A program made the translations under genes and the position numbers. Under the pieces are notes generated by a model. It did no database searches. It saw only the letters and a list, made by a program, of their open reading frames with translations, and was not told where the DNA came from. A DNA stretch of 64,000 nt, from contig JAJCXN010000058.1 in NCBI GenBank assembly GCA_029263415.1, positions 51,724 to 115,723 on the forward strand, given 5' to 3'. The stretch is from Acidobacteriota bacterium. Its GTDB lineage: Bacteria > Acidobacteriota > Thermoanaerobaculia > Multivoradales > Multivoraceae. Shown here piece by piece: positions 10,493 to 20,258 of the stretch (position 1 is the first letter of the stretch; every line of letters starts with the position of its first letter).

Positions 10493-10906
10493 CGATGAGC
10501 TAAGGGGGGTTCTGCGCAGTCAACAAGCCGAGATCGCGAGCCGGAGGGCCGCCGCCTAAGCCGCGATAGCTCCAGCCTGTCAGTCACCTTAGATCCTAAG
10601 CCCGTTTCACCCAAGCCAGCCCATGAACTCTAGTCAGGAACGGGCGAATCGGCACGCCCATACCGACCTCGTCCTCCTTCTCCTCCCCACATCCAGCGAG
10701 CGGCTCTACATACCGAAGGCGCCTAGGGTCTCACGAGATGCAAGCCACCTGCCTCCATGTCAGGCCGAGATTTCCTTCTGAGCGATCGACCTCTCCTCCT
10801 CGCAACGTCCAACACAGCGGCCTTAGCAATTGGCGCCTTCTCCTCGCGACGGGCCGAAGGTGCTTGGAGTCCCACGGGATGCACGCTACGAGCATCAACA
10901 CCGGCT

Positions 10907-10933
10907 GAGAGCCGTGATTTCATCACGGCTCTC
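10907..10933 (-). terminator. Perfect 12-bp-stem hairpin immediately 3' of rng
   Basis: GAGAGCCGTGAT-ttc-ATCACGGCTCTC. There is no strong U-tract. Confidence 0.35.
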
Positions 10934-10947
10934 ACGCATCAGGGCCT

Positions 10948-12507
10948 TCAGACATCCGTCATGTCGAACCTCTCATGGTGGAGCTCTGAATCACTCTGCA
11001 GCAACAGCCTGATCCCCATCGACTCCAGCTCCTCCACGATCGCCCTCTCCGATCCCTGCAGTGCCCCGGCCACCTCTGGATGAACGCGCAGCAAAAGGTC
11101 TCGTTCCCCAGTTCGATCGTTCATCAGCGACAGCGCCGCTCGCCGTACATTCAGACAAATTGAGGTGATGTTCTTAATGCGGCCGCTCCCGTGGCAATAG
11201 GGGCAACGCGTGGTCAGGATTCGTTCAAGGTTGGCGTGGCTGCGCTTGCGGGTGAGTTCAACCAGCCCAAACTCCGAGATGTTCAGCAGCTTAGTCTTCG
11301 CGCGATCCTTCTCGAGTTCTCGCGCGAGCGCTAAGAACACCTCGTTGCGGTTCGACTCCTCATTCATGTCGATGAGATCGATGATGATGATGCCAGACAA
11401 GTCCCTTAGTCGGATCTGTCGCACGATCTCTCGCACCGCTTCCAAATTCGTCTTGCGCACCGTATCTTCGAGCGAGTGCTGCCCGACGTAGCGGCCAGTG
11501 TTGACGTCGATCGCCACCAGCGCTTCGGTCTGGTTGATCACTAGGTAGCCACCCGACTTGAGCCACACCTTGCTTTTGAGCGCGGCCTCGATCTCTTGTT
11601 CTATCTTGAACCGCTCGAACAGGCCGGAGCCGCGCTGATCGAGCTTCACTCTGCCCGCGAGGTTCGGCTGCACATGGCCTAGGAACTCAACCACTCGCTC
11701 AAAGAGCTCCGGCGAGTCGACCCACAAAACCGAGTACTCTTCGTTGAAGAAATCGCGAACGATGCGCAGGGCGAGATCTAGGTCTTGGTGAATCAACGTC
11801 GGTGCGCCAACTTTGGCCGCCGCTGATGTGATGCGTGCCCAAACTCCGCGCAGATAGAGCAGGTCGGGCGCCAATTGTTCTGCGACCAGACCCTCGCCAG
11901 CAGTGCGGACGATCAACCCATCCTGGCCACCACTCAATTCTTCAAGCACCGTCTTGAGGCGCTCGCGTTCGGTCTCATCCTCGATCCGGCGTGACACGCC
12001 CAGATGATCCACAGTCGGAAGCAGCACCACGTACCGGTTGGGTAGCGTGATGTTGGTGGTGACTCGAGCACCCTTGTTGCTGAGCGCGTCCTTGGTGACC
12101 TGCACCATGATCTCTTGTCCACGCTGGAGTAGGTCTTCGATTGATGCCTCTTCGGCGCCTTGAGCGCCCTGCGGCTCCAATTCGGCTTGCTCGTCTGGAG
12201 CGTCGCGGTCACCTTCCGGTAGCAGTTCCGCTACCGAGCGTAAAAGGCGACCGGTCTCAGCGAGAGCGGTCAGATCGGCCGGCACGACGTCGCTGACGTA
12301 GAGAAAGGCATCGCGCTCTAGGCCGATATCAACGAAGGCGGCCTGCATGCCCGGTAGCACCCGCGATACCCGGCCCTTGTACACATTGCCGACCGCGCCC
12401 TGTCGGCCGTGCCGCTCTACGAACGTCTCGGTGAGCCTGTCGTCTTCGAGGACTGCAATCCGCACCTGGTGAGGATCGCTCTCGATGAGCATCTTTCTAG
12501 CGGGCAT
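10948..12507 (-). CDS. rng: Ribonuclease G (RNase E/G family)
   Basis: The N-terminus carries an S1 domain (NVYKGRVSRVLPGMQAAFVDIG) followed by an RNase E/G catalytic domain. It sits downstream of the mre cluster, as in many proteobacteria. Confidence 0.85.
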   Translation of the reverse strand: MPARKMLIESDPHQVRIAVLEDDRLTETFVERHGRQGAVGNVYKGRVSRVLPGMQAAFVDIGLERDAFLYVSDVVPADLTALAETGRLLRSVAELLPEGDRDAPDEQAELEPQGAQGAEEASIEDLLQRGQEIMVQVTKDALSNKGARVTTNITLPNRYVVLLPTVDHLGVSRRIEDETERERLKTVLEELSGGQDGLIVRTAGEGLVAEQLAPDLLYLRGVWARITSAAAKVGAPTLIHQDLDLALRIVRDFFNEEYSVLWVDSPELFERVVEFLGHVQPNLAGRVKLDQRGSGLFERFKIEQEIEAALKSKVWLKSGGYLVINQTEALVAIDVNTGRYVGQHSLEDTVRKTNLEAVREIVRQIRLRDLSGIIIIDLIDMNEESNRNEVFLALARELEKDRAKTKLLNISEFGLVELTRKRSHANLERILTTRCPYCHGSGRIKNITSICLNVRRAALSLMNDRTGERDLLLRVHPEVAGALQGSERAIVEELESMGIRLLLQSDSELHHERFDMTDV

Positions 12508-12635
12508 CGTTCTCGCCTAAACAGGGGTTCGGATCACGTCACATCAACCATTCAAATCAGCAAACCGCGACCTTCGACGCTACCAGGAAATGCGCTCCGC
12601 AGCGCCCACGGCGGGGCTGGATTGGCGTCGAGTCT

Positions 12636-13781
12636 TCAGGCGAAGGCCGACTGGTTCACGTACCGCCGCGAGTCGATCCCCAGCAGCACGCCGGTGGCAA
12701 AGAAACAAAACAGCGTGAACGAGCCGCCGTAGCTCATGAAGGGGATCGGAATGCCTGTGACCGGCAAGAAGCCAATCACCATGGCAGTGTTATAGAGAAT
12801 GTGCACCGCCAGCGCGGCGAGTAACCCGGCCGCGAGCAGCAACCCGCTCCGGTCCCGAGCTCGCAATGCGATACGGACCCCTCCTCCTAGGTAGAGCGCA
12901 TAGAGCGCAAGGATCGACAGCACGCCGAGGAACCCCCATTCCTCGGCGAGCACTGCGAACACAAAGTCCGTGTGACGCGCCGGCAAGAAGCGCAACCGGC
13001 TCTGGGTGCCCTGGCGATAGCCGCGGCCGACCATGGCGCCAGACCCGACCGCAATCTTGCTCTGCCTCACCTGATAGCCAGAACCGAGCGGATCGCGCTC
13101 CGCGTCGACAAAATTGAGCACACGCTCTTTCTGGTAGTCCTTCATCGCAAAGGTCCACAAACCGGCGCCAACCACCAGCGCGATGACGGCGACCCCCAGA
13201 ATCAATCGTGCTCGGACCCCGGCCACCCACAGCATGCCGCCGAGCAACGGCATGAACATGGCAGCACCGCCATAGTCGGGCTGCAAAGCGATCAGCACTA
13301 CTGGGCCCATTGCGATCGCACAGGCCGCTGCGATGTGCCGTAGGCCCAAGAACTCATAGCGGACACCACCGAGGTAGCGTGCGAGCAAGAACGCCGTCGC
13401 CAGTTTCGCCACGTCCGATGGCTGACCGCCGAACCCGCCAATACCGATCCAGCTGCGCGCACCACCAGCCTCATGGCCAAAGAGCATGATGAACCCTAAA
13501 GCCACCAGGCTCAAGCCGTAGAGCCACACAGACATGCGCAGAAACACGTGGTAGTCGAGGAGAAAGCCGATCGCCATAGCGACCATCCCCAAGCCGATCC
13601 AGACCAGCTGGCGCGGCAGGTAGCGCACTGTCATCTCGCTTGAAGCGCTGTGGATGGTCAACACGCCCACCAGAGCCAGCATCATGGCGCTCATCGCCAT
13701 GCCCATCGCGGCCGGCCGCAGGGTGCCACCAACCCGCCTGGGGTTAGGAATCCCGACGGCGTTCGCGAAAGTACTTTTCAT
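12636..13781 (-). CDS. mrdB: Rod-shape-determining protein RodA (SEDS family)
   Basis: A multi-TM FtsW/RodA/SpoVE-family sequence. The start is uncertain: ATG 13781 overlaps mrdA, and 13706 is an alternative. Confidence 0.8.
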   Translation of the reverse strand: MKSTFANAVGIPNPRRVGGTLRPAAMGMAMSAMMLALVGVLTIHSASSEMTVRYLPRQLVWIGLGMVAMAIGFLLDYHVFLRMSVWLYGLSLVALGFIMLFGHEAGGARSWIGIGGFGGQPSDVAKLATAFLLARYLGGVRYEFLGLRHIAAACAIAMGPVVLIALQPDYGGAAMFMPLLGGMLWVAGVRARLILGVAVIALVVGAGLWTFAMKDYQKERVLNFVDAERDPLGSGYQVRQSKIAVGSGAMVGRGYRQGTQSRLRFLPARHTDFVFAVLAEEWGFLGVLSILALYALYLGGGVRIALRARDRSGLLLAAGLLAALAVHILYNTAMVIGFLPVTGIPIPFMSYGGSFTLFCFFATGVLLGIDSRRYVNQSAFA

Positions 13782-15480
13782 AAATCCTTCGTGCGATCGG
13801 TGCGGCGTTGCCACCACCAGAGCCGCCATGTTCGAGAAACACCACCACCACCAGCTCGGGTTGCTCGTACGGCGCATACGAAGCGAACCAAGCATGATCT
13901 CGGTGCTTGAATGGTAGGTCGGCCGAGTCGGTCCAGGTGCGCTGTTCGATGACCTGTGAGGTGCCGGTCTTGCCGGCGATCTTCACTCCATTGACCGCTG
14001 CTGCAATGCCTGAACCATCCTCGACCACATTCAGTAGCGCTAGACGAACTCGCTCGAGGTCAGCGGGAATGATCTGCTGACGTTCAGCGACTGGTTCTTG
14101 CCCTAGGATCACATGCGGTACCACCACGCTGCCGCCGTTGGCCACCGCTGATAGCAATACCGCAGTCTGCAAAGGGCTGACTAGGAGGGGGCCCTGACCA
14201 ATCGCGACCGAGATGGTCTCGCCCGCGTACCAGCGAACCCCTCGGGCCTCACGACTCCATTGCGGATCTGGAACCAAGCCTGCCTTCTCACCGCGCACAC
14301 CAATGCCAGTCGCTCGACCGAGACCGAGTTTGCGTGCATAGTCAGCGATCGGTTGAATGCCGATCTCTTGTCCCTTGACGTAGAAGTAGATGTCACACGA
14401 GTGCGTGATCGCCTCGTGCAGATTGACCCAACCGTGCCCGGATGGCTTCCAGCACCGCTGATTACGATCGTAAATCCGCTTGCTACCACCGCAGTACACC
14501 TTGTCGCTCGGATCCATCGTGTTCTCTTCGAGACCGGCCAAGGCAACCACGATCTTGAACACCGACCCTGGCGGATAGGTCGCGCCTAAGGTCCGGTTCT
14601 GAAGAACGTTGTGAGGTCGGCCGATGATCGCCTGCCACGCCTCCTCCTCGAGACGACCAGCAAAGAGATTGGGGTCAAACGACGGCGCCGAGACCAGCGC
14701 GCGGACCGCGCCCGAACGCGGGTCCATTGCCACCACAGCGCCCACCGAGTCGCCCATCAACTCGACGATCTCTTGCTGCAAATCGAGGTCCACGGTCAAA
14801 CGGACGGTTTTCCCTGGGCGGGTCGGATCACGCCTGATTTCGTCACGCACACGGTTACGGCTGTCGACAACCAACTCGCGCTCTCCATCTCGACCGCGCA
14901 ACTCGCCGTCCATCGCCAGCTCGACGCCTTCCTTGCCGACCAAATCTCCACCCTGAATGCGCCCGGCCCCCCTTACAAGGTCCTCCTCAGACGCCTCGCC
15001 CAGGTAGCCCAATAGGTGCGCGGTCTGCTCTCCATGTCGATAGAGACGGCGCTGTTCGACTTCGATTTGAAACTCCGGGTGCTCCAGGACCACCGCCTCG
15101 AAGCGTGCGACCTGTGACAAGTCTAGGTCTTCGGCCAGCAAGACGCGGCGACTGCGACCCTGCGACCGGAGCGTTGCCTGGAGTTGCGCAAGTCCGACGT
15201 TCAGTACCGGCGCAGCGAATGCGAGGCTCCCGTCGATGTCATTGACCACGCTACGATCCAAAATGAGGCCGTAGCTCGGTACGTTCTCGACCAAAATGCG
15301 GCCGTAGCGATCTTCGATGATCCCTCGTGGTGCTTGAATCGCGACCTGGCGCAAGCGATTCTTGGCCGCCAGCGATTGGTAGTGATTGGCCTGCACTACC
15401 TGGAGGTACCAGTAGCCGCTGCCGATCCCAACCATCAACAACAGCACAAAGGCGGCCAGCCGATAAAGTCGCGTCGCCAT
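13744..15480 (-). CDS. mrdA: Penicillin-binding protein 2 (elongasome transpeptidase)
   Basis: An N-terminal TM segment is followed by a PBP dimerisation domain and a transpeptidase domain (KTGT motif: IAGKTGTSQ). ATG 15480 gives a 38-nt gap to mreD; the longer ORF would overlap mreD. Confidence 0.85.
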   Translation of the reverse strand: MATRLYRLAAFVLLLMVGIGSGYWYLQVVQANHYQSLAAKNRLRQVAIQAPRGIIEDRYGRILVENVPSYGLILDRSVVNDIDGSLAFAAPVLNVGLAQLQATLRSQGRSRRVLLAEDLDLSQVARFEAVVLEHPEFQIEVEQRRLYRHGEQTAHLLGYLGEASEEDLVRGAGRIQGGDLVGKEGVELAMDGELRGRDGERELVVDSRNRVRDEIRRDPTRPGKTVRLTVDLDLQQEIVELMGDSVGAVVAMDPRSGAVRALVSAPSFDPNLFAGRLEEEAWQAIIGRPHNVLQNRTLGATYPPGSVFKIVVALAGLEENTMDPSDKVYCGGSKRIYDRNQRCWKPSGHGWVNLHEAITHSCDIYFYVKGQEIGIQPIADYARKLGLGRATGIGVRGEKAGLVPDPQWSREARGVRWYAGETISVAIGQGPLLVSPLQTAVLLSAVANGGSVVVPHVILGQEPVAERQQIIPADLERVRLALLNVVEDGSGIAAAVNGVKIAGKTGTSQVIEQRTWTDSADLPFKHRDHAWFASYAPYEQPELVVVVFLEHGGSGGGNAAPIARRIYEKYFRERRRDS

Positions 15481-15518
15481 GGTCTCGAGATAGACACCGG
15501 TAGGCTGGTCGTAGATGG

Positions 15519-16046
15519 TCACGCGCGCCGCCCCTGGAACCGAATCTTGGGTCGACGCACTCGGCGGTAGCGGCGCCACCGCGTCTCTACGCGCCTCAAC
15601 CCAAGCACGAAGACCCCGCCCACCAACGCGGTCGAAACCGCGCTCAGAAGCGCCCACATCGGGTCCGGCGCGGGCGGGTCAGGAAACAAGAGCCGCATTA
15701 GGCTCGCGACCACGACCTCTTGAAAGACCACCGCTACAGCGAACATCGTGGTCAGCAACGCGGGTTGCCGAAAACTCACCTGCTGTGCGGCCCTCGCACA
15801 GACCGCGCCCGCAAGCGTGCCCGCAATCCCGTGCAGGCCGTAAAGAGAGCCCGCCAAAGCGTCGTTGGCCCAGCCCAGACTGCCGCCAAAAAGCGCCGCG
15901 CCCAACACCGAGGACTTGCGCGCGAAGAGCACCAAGACGATCGTCGGGAAATTGATCACCGAGCCCGTGCTTGGAAACAGCCTAACCAAGAGCATGTGAG
16001 CGCCATAGGCAAGCACCACCGCCAGTGCAAAACGCAGTAGCTTCAT
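15519..16046 (-). CDS. mreD: Rod-shape-determining protein MreD
   Basis: A small polytopic membrane protein in the conserved position between mreC and mrdA. Confidence 0.8.
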   Translation of the reverse strand: MKLLRFALAVVLAYGAHMLLVRLFPSTGSVINFPTIVLVLFARKSSVLGAALFGGSLGWANDALAGSLYGLHGIAGTLAGAVCARAAQQVSFRQPALLTTMFAVAVVFQEVVVASLMRLLFPDPPAPDPMWALLSAVSTALVGGVFVLGLRRVETRWRRYRRVRRPKIRFQGRRA

Positions 16047-16954
16047 TGGCCTGCGCCGCCCTCGCGGTCGGTGGTTGAAGCAGTTGAGCCAGGGCCTTGG
16101 GTGATCTCCAACTCGCCGTCCATCAGCTCTTGCGGTGGAGCCTCGTTGCCCAATAGGAACACCTGATCCAGCCGCCCGAAATCCACTGCGGGAGCCACCA
16201 CGACTTCATGGAATAGCTCAGGGCCGGCACGGACCGATATGACCGTGCCCACCGTCACCCCGCGCGGGTAAACACCATCGATACCCGCCGTGACGATGCG
16301 GTCGCCTTCGCGCACGTCGGCCTGCATCGGCAGGTAGTCGAGCAACAACGCATCGCCGGCCCCACGCAGCAGACCCTGCCGCCTGGTTCGCGCCACCATG
16401 ACCCCTACGCTTGAGCTGCGATCGGTCACCAGCTGAACACGTGCGTTGGGGGGCAACCAGGTGATGACGCGACCAACCAAGCCATCTTCGGTCACCACCG
16501 CGGACCCCGGACTTCGCTTAGCAAACTCGGTATCCCCTTCGTCTAGCAAGCGCACCACCAACCGGCGCAGCAGCGCTCGATGGTTGGCAAACACCACTCG
16601 TGCAACGCGCACCTCTTGCTCCAAAGGAGGTTGATAGCCGAGCGACTCTTGCAAGCGGCTTAGTTCAACGAGCGCATCCTGGTGCTCAGCCGTCCGCTTT
16701 TGCAGCAGCTCGATCTGAGCGTGCAGCGCCTCGTTCTCGCGCTTGAGGCTCGCGCGATCGCGCAGCCCCAACAGCACTCCTTCGCCGGCGCGCACCGCTC
16801 CATCGATACCACTGGCCACTGGTGTCGTGAGGCCAATGGCCGCCCGGTCGAGCAGGGTGTCTTGGTTGTCCGGATCTTGGATCTGCGCGGCAAGGAAGAT
16901 GAGCTGGCCCAGCAGTAGCGCGGCAACGAGGATCAGTTCGCCTCGATTCCCCAT
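16043..16954 (-). CDS. mreC: Rod-shape-determining protein MreC
   Basis: An N-terminal TM segment is followed by a coiled coil and a beta domain. Its stop overlaps the mreD start. Confidence 0.85.
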   Translation of the reverse strand: MGNRGELILVAALLLGQLIFLAAQIQDPDNQDTLLDRAAIGLTTPVASGIDGAVRAGEGVLLGLRDRASLKRENEALHAQIELLQKRTAEHQDALVELSRLQESLGYQPPLEQEVRVARVVFANHRALLRRLVVRLLDEGDTEFAKRSPGSAVVTEDGLVGRVITWLPPNARVQLVTDRSSSVGVMVARTRRQGLLRGAGDALLLDYLPMQADVREGDRIVTAGIDGVYPRGVTVGTVISVRAGPELFHEVVVAPAVDFGRLDQVFLLGNEAPPQELMDGELEITQGPGSTASTTDREGGAGQ

Positions 16955-16962
16955 CTGGTCTC

Positions 16963-17985
16963 TTACCGGATCTGAACTTTGCGCAGCAGGTCGATGTCCT
17001 GCAGCAACTGGCCGGTTCCGAGCACCACCGAGGCGAGCGGATCTTCCGCCGGCACCACCGGCAGCCCCGTTTCTTCTCGAAGCCGCTGATCTAATCCGCG
17101 CAACAAGGCGCCACCGCCTGAAAGCACGATGCCCTTGTCCATGATGTCCGCGGAAAGCTCGGGCGGGGTGCGTTCGAGCGCCATGCGGACCACCTCGACG
17201 ATAGTGGCCACTGGCTCAGCCAAGGCGTCGCGAATTTCTTCATCGGAGATCACCAGTTCGCGCGGCACACCTTCGACCAAATCGCGGCCCTTGATTTCGA
17301 TTCGCATCTCTTCTTTGAGCGGAAAGGCCGAACCCAAGGCGATCTTAATCTGTTCGGCCGAGCGCTCACCGATGAGCAAGTTGTACTTGCGCTTGAGGTG
17401 CTGGATGATGGCGGAGTCCATCTCGTTGCCAGCGACCCTCACTGATTTGCTGTAGACCGTGCCCGACAGCGAGATCACCGCGACGTCGGTGGTGCCGCCA
17501 CCGATATCCACGACCATGTTGCCTGACGGCTCGGTGATCGGAAGCCCCGCACCGATCGCCGCCATCATTGCCTGCTCCACCAAGAACACCTCTGAGGCGC
17601 CAGCCGACATCGCCGACTCCTTGACCGCTCGTTTCTCGACAGGAGTGATCTCAGAGGGCACCCCGATGACGATGCGCGGTCGTGCGGGAAACCTTCGACC
17701 ACCGTGAGCCTGGCGGATGAAGTAGCTGAGCATCTGCTCGGTCACTTCGAAGTCGGCGATGACGCCGTCCTTCATGGGGCGCACGGAGATCACGTTGCCC
17801 GGGGTCCGGCCGAGCATTTCCTTGGCCTCGCGACCGACCGCTTCGATGCGATTGGTGAGCTTGTTGATCACCACCATGGACGGCTCGCGTACCACGATGC
17901 CGCCGTTGCGGGTGAACACTAGGGTGTTGGCCGTACCGAGGTCGATGGCCAGGTCATTTGAAAACCAGTTGAGAAAGCGGCGCAT
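16963..17985 (-). CDS. mreB: Rod-shape-determining protein MreB (actin homologue)
   Basis: The N-terminus carries the canonical MreB motif (IDLGTANTLVF...). Length is 340 aa. Confidence 0.95.
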   Translation of the reverse strand: MRRFLNWFSNDLAIDLGTANTLVFTRNGGIVVREPSMVVINKLTNRIEAVGREAKEMLGRTPGNVISVRPMKDGVIADFEVTEQMLSYFIRQAHGGRRFPARPRIVIGVPSEITPVEKRAVKESAMSAGASEVFLVEQAMMAAIGAGLPITEPSGNMVVDIGGGTTDVAVISLSGTVYSKSVRVAGNEMDSAIIQHLKRKYNLLIGERSAEQIKIALGSAFPLKEEMRIEIKGRDLVEGVPRELVISDEEIRDALAEPVATIVEVVRMALERTPPELSADIMDKGIVLSGGGALLRGLDQRLREETGLPVVPAEDPLASVVLGTGQLLQDIDLLRKVQIR

Positions 17986-18160
17986 TCTGTCTTGAGTCTC
18001 TTTGAAAAGGAAGGCAGCCAGATGACCCTCGGCGCAGGCTACCGGCTCGGGTCTCCTAGCAGAGCTTGCGTGAGGTCGGAGTCTGCGGAGTGTGGGTCTT
18101 AGGGCAACTTAGGGTAAATACGTTGGAAGGCAATGGTTATCGCAATGAATGGGGCTGAAG

Positions 18161-19612
18161 CTAGGACTCGTCGATCCACACCTCGCGGCGCTCGGTGGCG
18201 GTGTTGCCTGACAAGTCGGTCGCTTCGAAAATGAGTGCCCGCTTTCCCGAACCGGAGACGACGTAGGTGGTCGAGAACGTGCCGTCGGCAAAGGTGGGAA
18301 CGACCTCCCCGTTGAGGGTGAGAACTGCTCCAGGCTCGGTCTGCCCTTTCAGCATGGCAAAGGTGCCAGTCATACGCACCTCGATCTGGATCGACGGCGG
18401 ATCCTCATCTGGCTCGATGGCCAGACTGCGATACGACTCGACTCGAAGCCGGCGCTCCTCGCTCCAAGCACCGCGACGACCGGCCATATCCACCGCCGCG
18501 ACTCGCCAGCGGAAGCGGCCCTCTTCATCGAGCGCCAAGGTGGCGCTGGCTTGCGCGCGCTGCTGGTCGACCAGATTCTGAGAGAACAAACGGCCTCGGG
18601 TCACCTGCAGCGCATAACCCTTAGCGCCTCTCACGGCGTTCCAGTCGAGCCGAACCTGCCCGGTGGTATCTATGTTGACACTGGTGCCGTCGGCCGGACT
18701 CTCCAACACCGGTGCCTCTAGCAGCAACACGGTTTCGCCAAAGCTGCCGCCAGACTGGACCACCTCTTGGCGTTCCTCCAGATCGCGCGTCTCGCCTGAG
18801 GAGAGCGCTGTTGCCGTTGCGTGACCCTCTCGAACGCGCACCACTGAACGAATCGAGCCGCGTTCCACCGTCACCGACGCGCGGCTGTGCTGGCCCGCGA
18901 CAACGTGGTTGAGTCCGGTGCTGATCCCGCTTGGTTCCGCGGCGGTGTCAAGAGCCACCCAACCGTACTCCATCTCACCCAATGTCTTGACTGCACCGGC
19001 TTGGCCGCGACTCAGCTTCATCAGTGAGTCCGGCGACAGGGTGAAGACGGTGTCCTCGTTTTGAAAATGAATCTCTGCTGTTGCATCCGCACCGGCCATC
19101 ACGTAGTCGCCTTCGTGCAGTTCCGTGCGCGCGAACGCTCGGACAAAATCGCCGCTCTCGCCACGCCTAAAGCGAACGTCGCCACGAACACTCCGGAACC
19201 AGGCGATGCTCGATCCCAGCCGCACCTCGTCCAGCAGGCCCGCTAGAGCACCGTGCCCAGCCCGGGCCGACAGGACAGCGTCTGCGTAGCGTTCATCAGC
19301 AATCGCGGCCTTGGCGTCCACCACCAAACTCTTCGATCGGTCCATCACCGATCGAAACCCGGCGACCTTTGTAGCAGGTTGCGACTCGAGCTGCATGATC
19401 AACCCGTCGGCTCGTGAAACCCATTCGTAGGCACCCTGCTCATTCCAGTACGCCTGCCAGCCGCCGTAGCCGTGGAACAGAATAAGGCCGACAATCGAGA
19501 GAACGGCCAAGGCCGTCCAAAAACGCACCGTGTCTGTGGACACGCTGTACCAGTCGCCAATCCTGCTGCGACCGCCCTCGTTTTCTGTACCTTCATAGAC
19601 CTGCGACGACAC
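18161..19612 (-). CDS. Membrane-anchored protein with a FecR-like domain and Ig/FN3-like repeats, hypothetical
   Basis: One N-terminal TM segment (FWTALAVLSIVGLILF) is followed by a FecR-like segment. No catalytic motifs were seen. Confidence 0.5.
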   Translation of the reverse strand: MSSQVYEGTENEGGRSRIGDWYSVSTDTVRFWTALAVLSIVGLILFHGYGGWQAYWNEQGAYEWVSRADGLIMQLESQPATKVAGFRSVMDRSKSLVVDAKAAIADERYADAVLSARAGHGALAGLLDEVRLGSSIAWFRSVRGDVRFRRGESGDFVRAFARTELHEGDYVMAGADATAEIHFQNEDTVFTLSPDSLMKLSRGQAGAVKTLGEMEYGWVALDTAAEPSGISTGLNHVVAGQHSRASVTVERGSIRSVVRVREGHATATALSSGETRDLEERQEVVQSGGSFGETVLLLEAPVLESPADGTSVNIDTTGQVRLDWNAVRGAKGYALQVTRGRLFSQNLVDQQRAQASATLALDEEGRFRWRVAAVDMAGRRGAWSEERRLRVESYRSLAIEPDEDPPSIQIEVRMTGTFAMLKGQTEPGAVLTLNGEVVPTFADGTFSTTYVVSGSGKRALIFEATDLSGNTATERREVWIDES

Positions 19613-20258
19613 GATCTCGTTCTTCCTTCGAATGAGCTCAATCTGACCCTCAACGACCCGAGAAGGCCTCTACCACGCTGCGGCTGCTTGGATCCTCTAA
19701 GGGGCGGCTCCGTTTCCTTCCAGAACCGCGACCGACACCTTAGGACAGGCGGCGACCGAGGCTGTCAATCCGGCCCCTCAGATGGGCTCTACAACGAGCC
19801 CGCCGGGAGTGCTCTTCTTCACGTTGGTGAACGAGCTTTCCGTTCAGCGCCGATCCCGCCCCCACAGAACCCGGAATCTATCACGCAAACCCTTGGTTTT
19901 ACGGGCGTTATCGGCCGCCCGCAGGATCCGCGCACCGCTCCCAGGGTTCGACCCCCAACCCCTCCCCCGGCGCCCGCCCATTACTGTTCGGTGGAAGCCT
20001 GCGCCCAATCCGTTTTCGCCGGGGCCCAAAAGCCAGCTACACCTTTTGCGCCTCGGGCCCCCACTGGTACACTCGCCCGTTCACCGGTGGCCTGATCCTG
20101 TGCCCGGCGGGCAAACATGCCAGAGTCCAACCGGAGCTGAAACCAGCCACCAACGCATCGGCGCCCTCAAACTACTCCAGGGCCGTCCATAGTCACGGCA
20201 CCAGCCGCTGCGCTCTTCACAGGCGTCAACGCCCTCGAAGGCCGCCAAGGAAAATCAC

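Noticed and set aside
19472-20192. ORFs 19472..20095 and 19782..20192 in the ppiD upstream region
   Set aside because: Pro/Arg-rich low-complexity translations typical of GC-rich non-coding DNA. There is no ribosome-binding site and no family resemblance.
19613-20258. Possible RNase P RNA: the motif ACAGAACCCGGAATCTATC resembles the M1 RNA 3' region.
   Set aside because: The universally conserved P4 element (AGGAAAGTCCGGGCTCC-like) and the GGUAAGAGCGCACC module are absent on both strands. The match is most likely coincidental.
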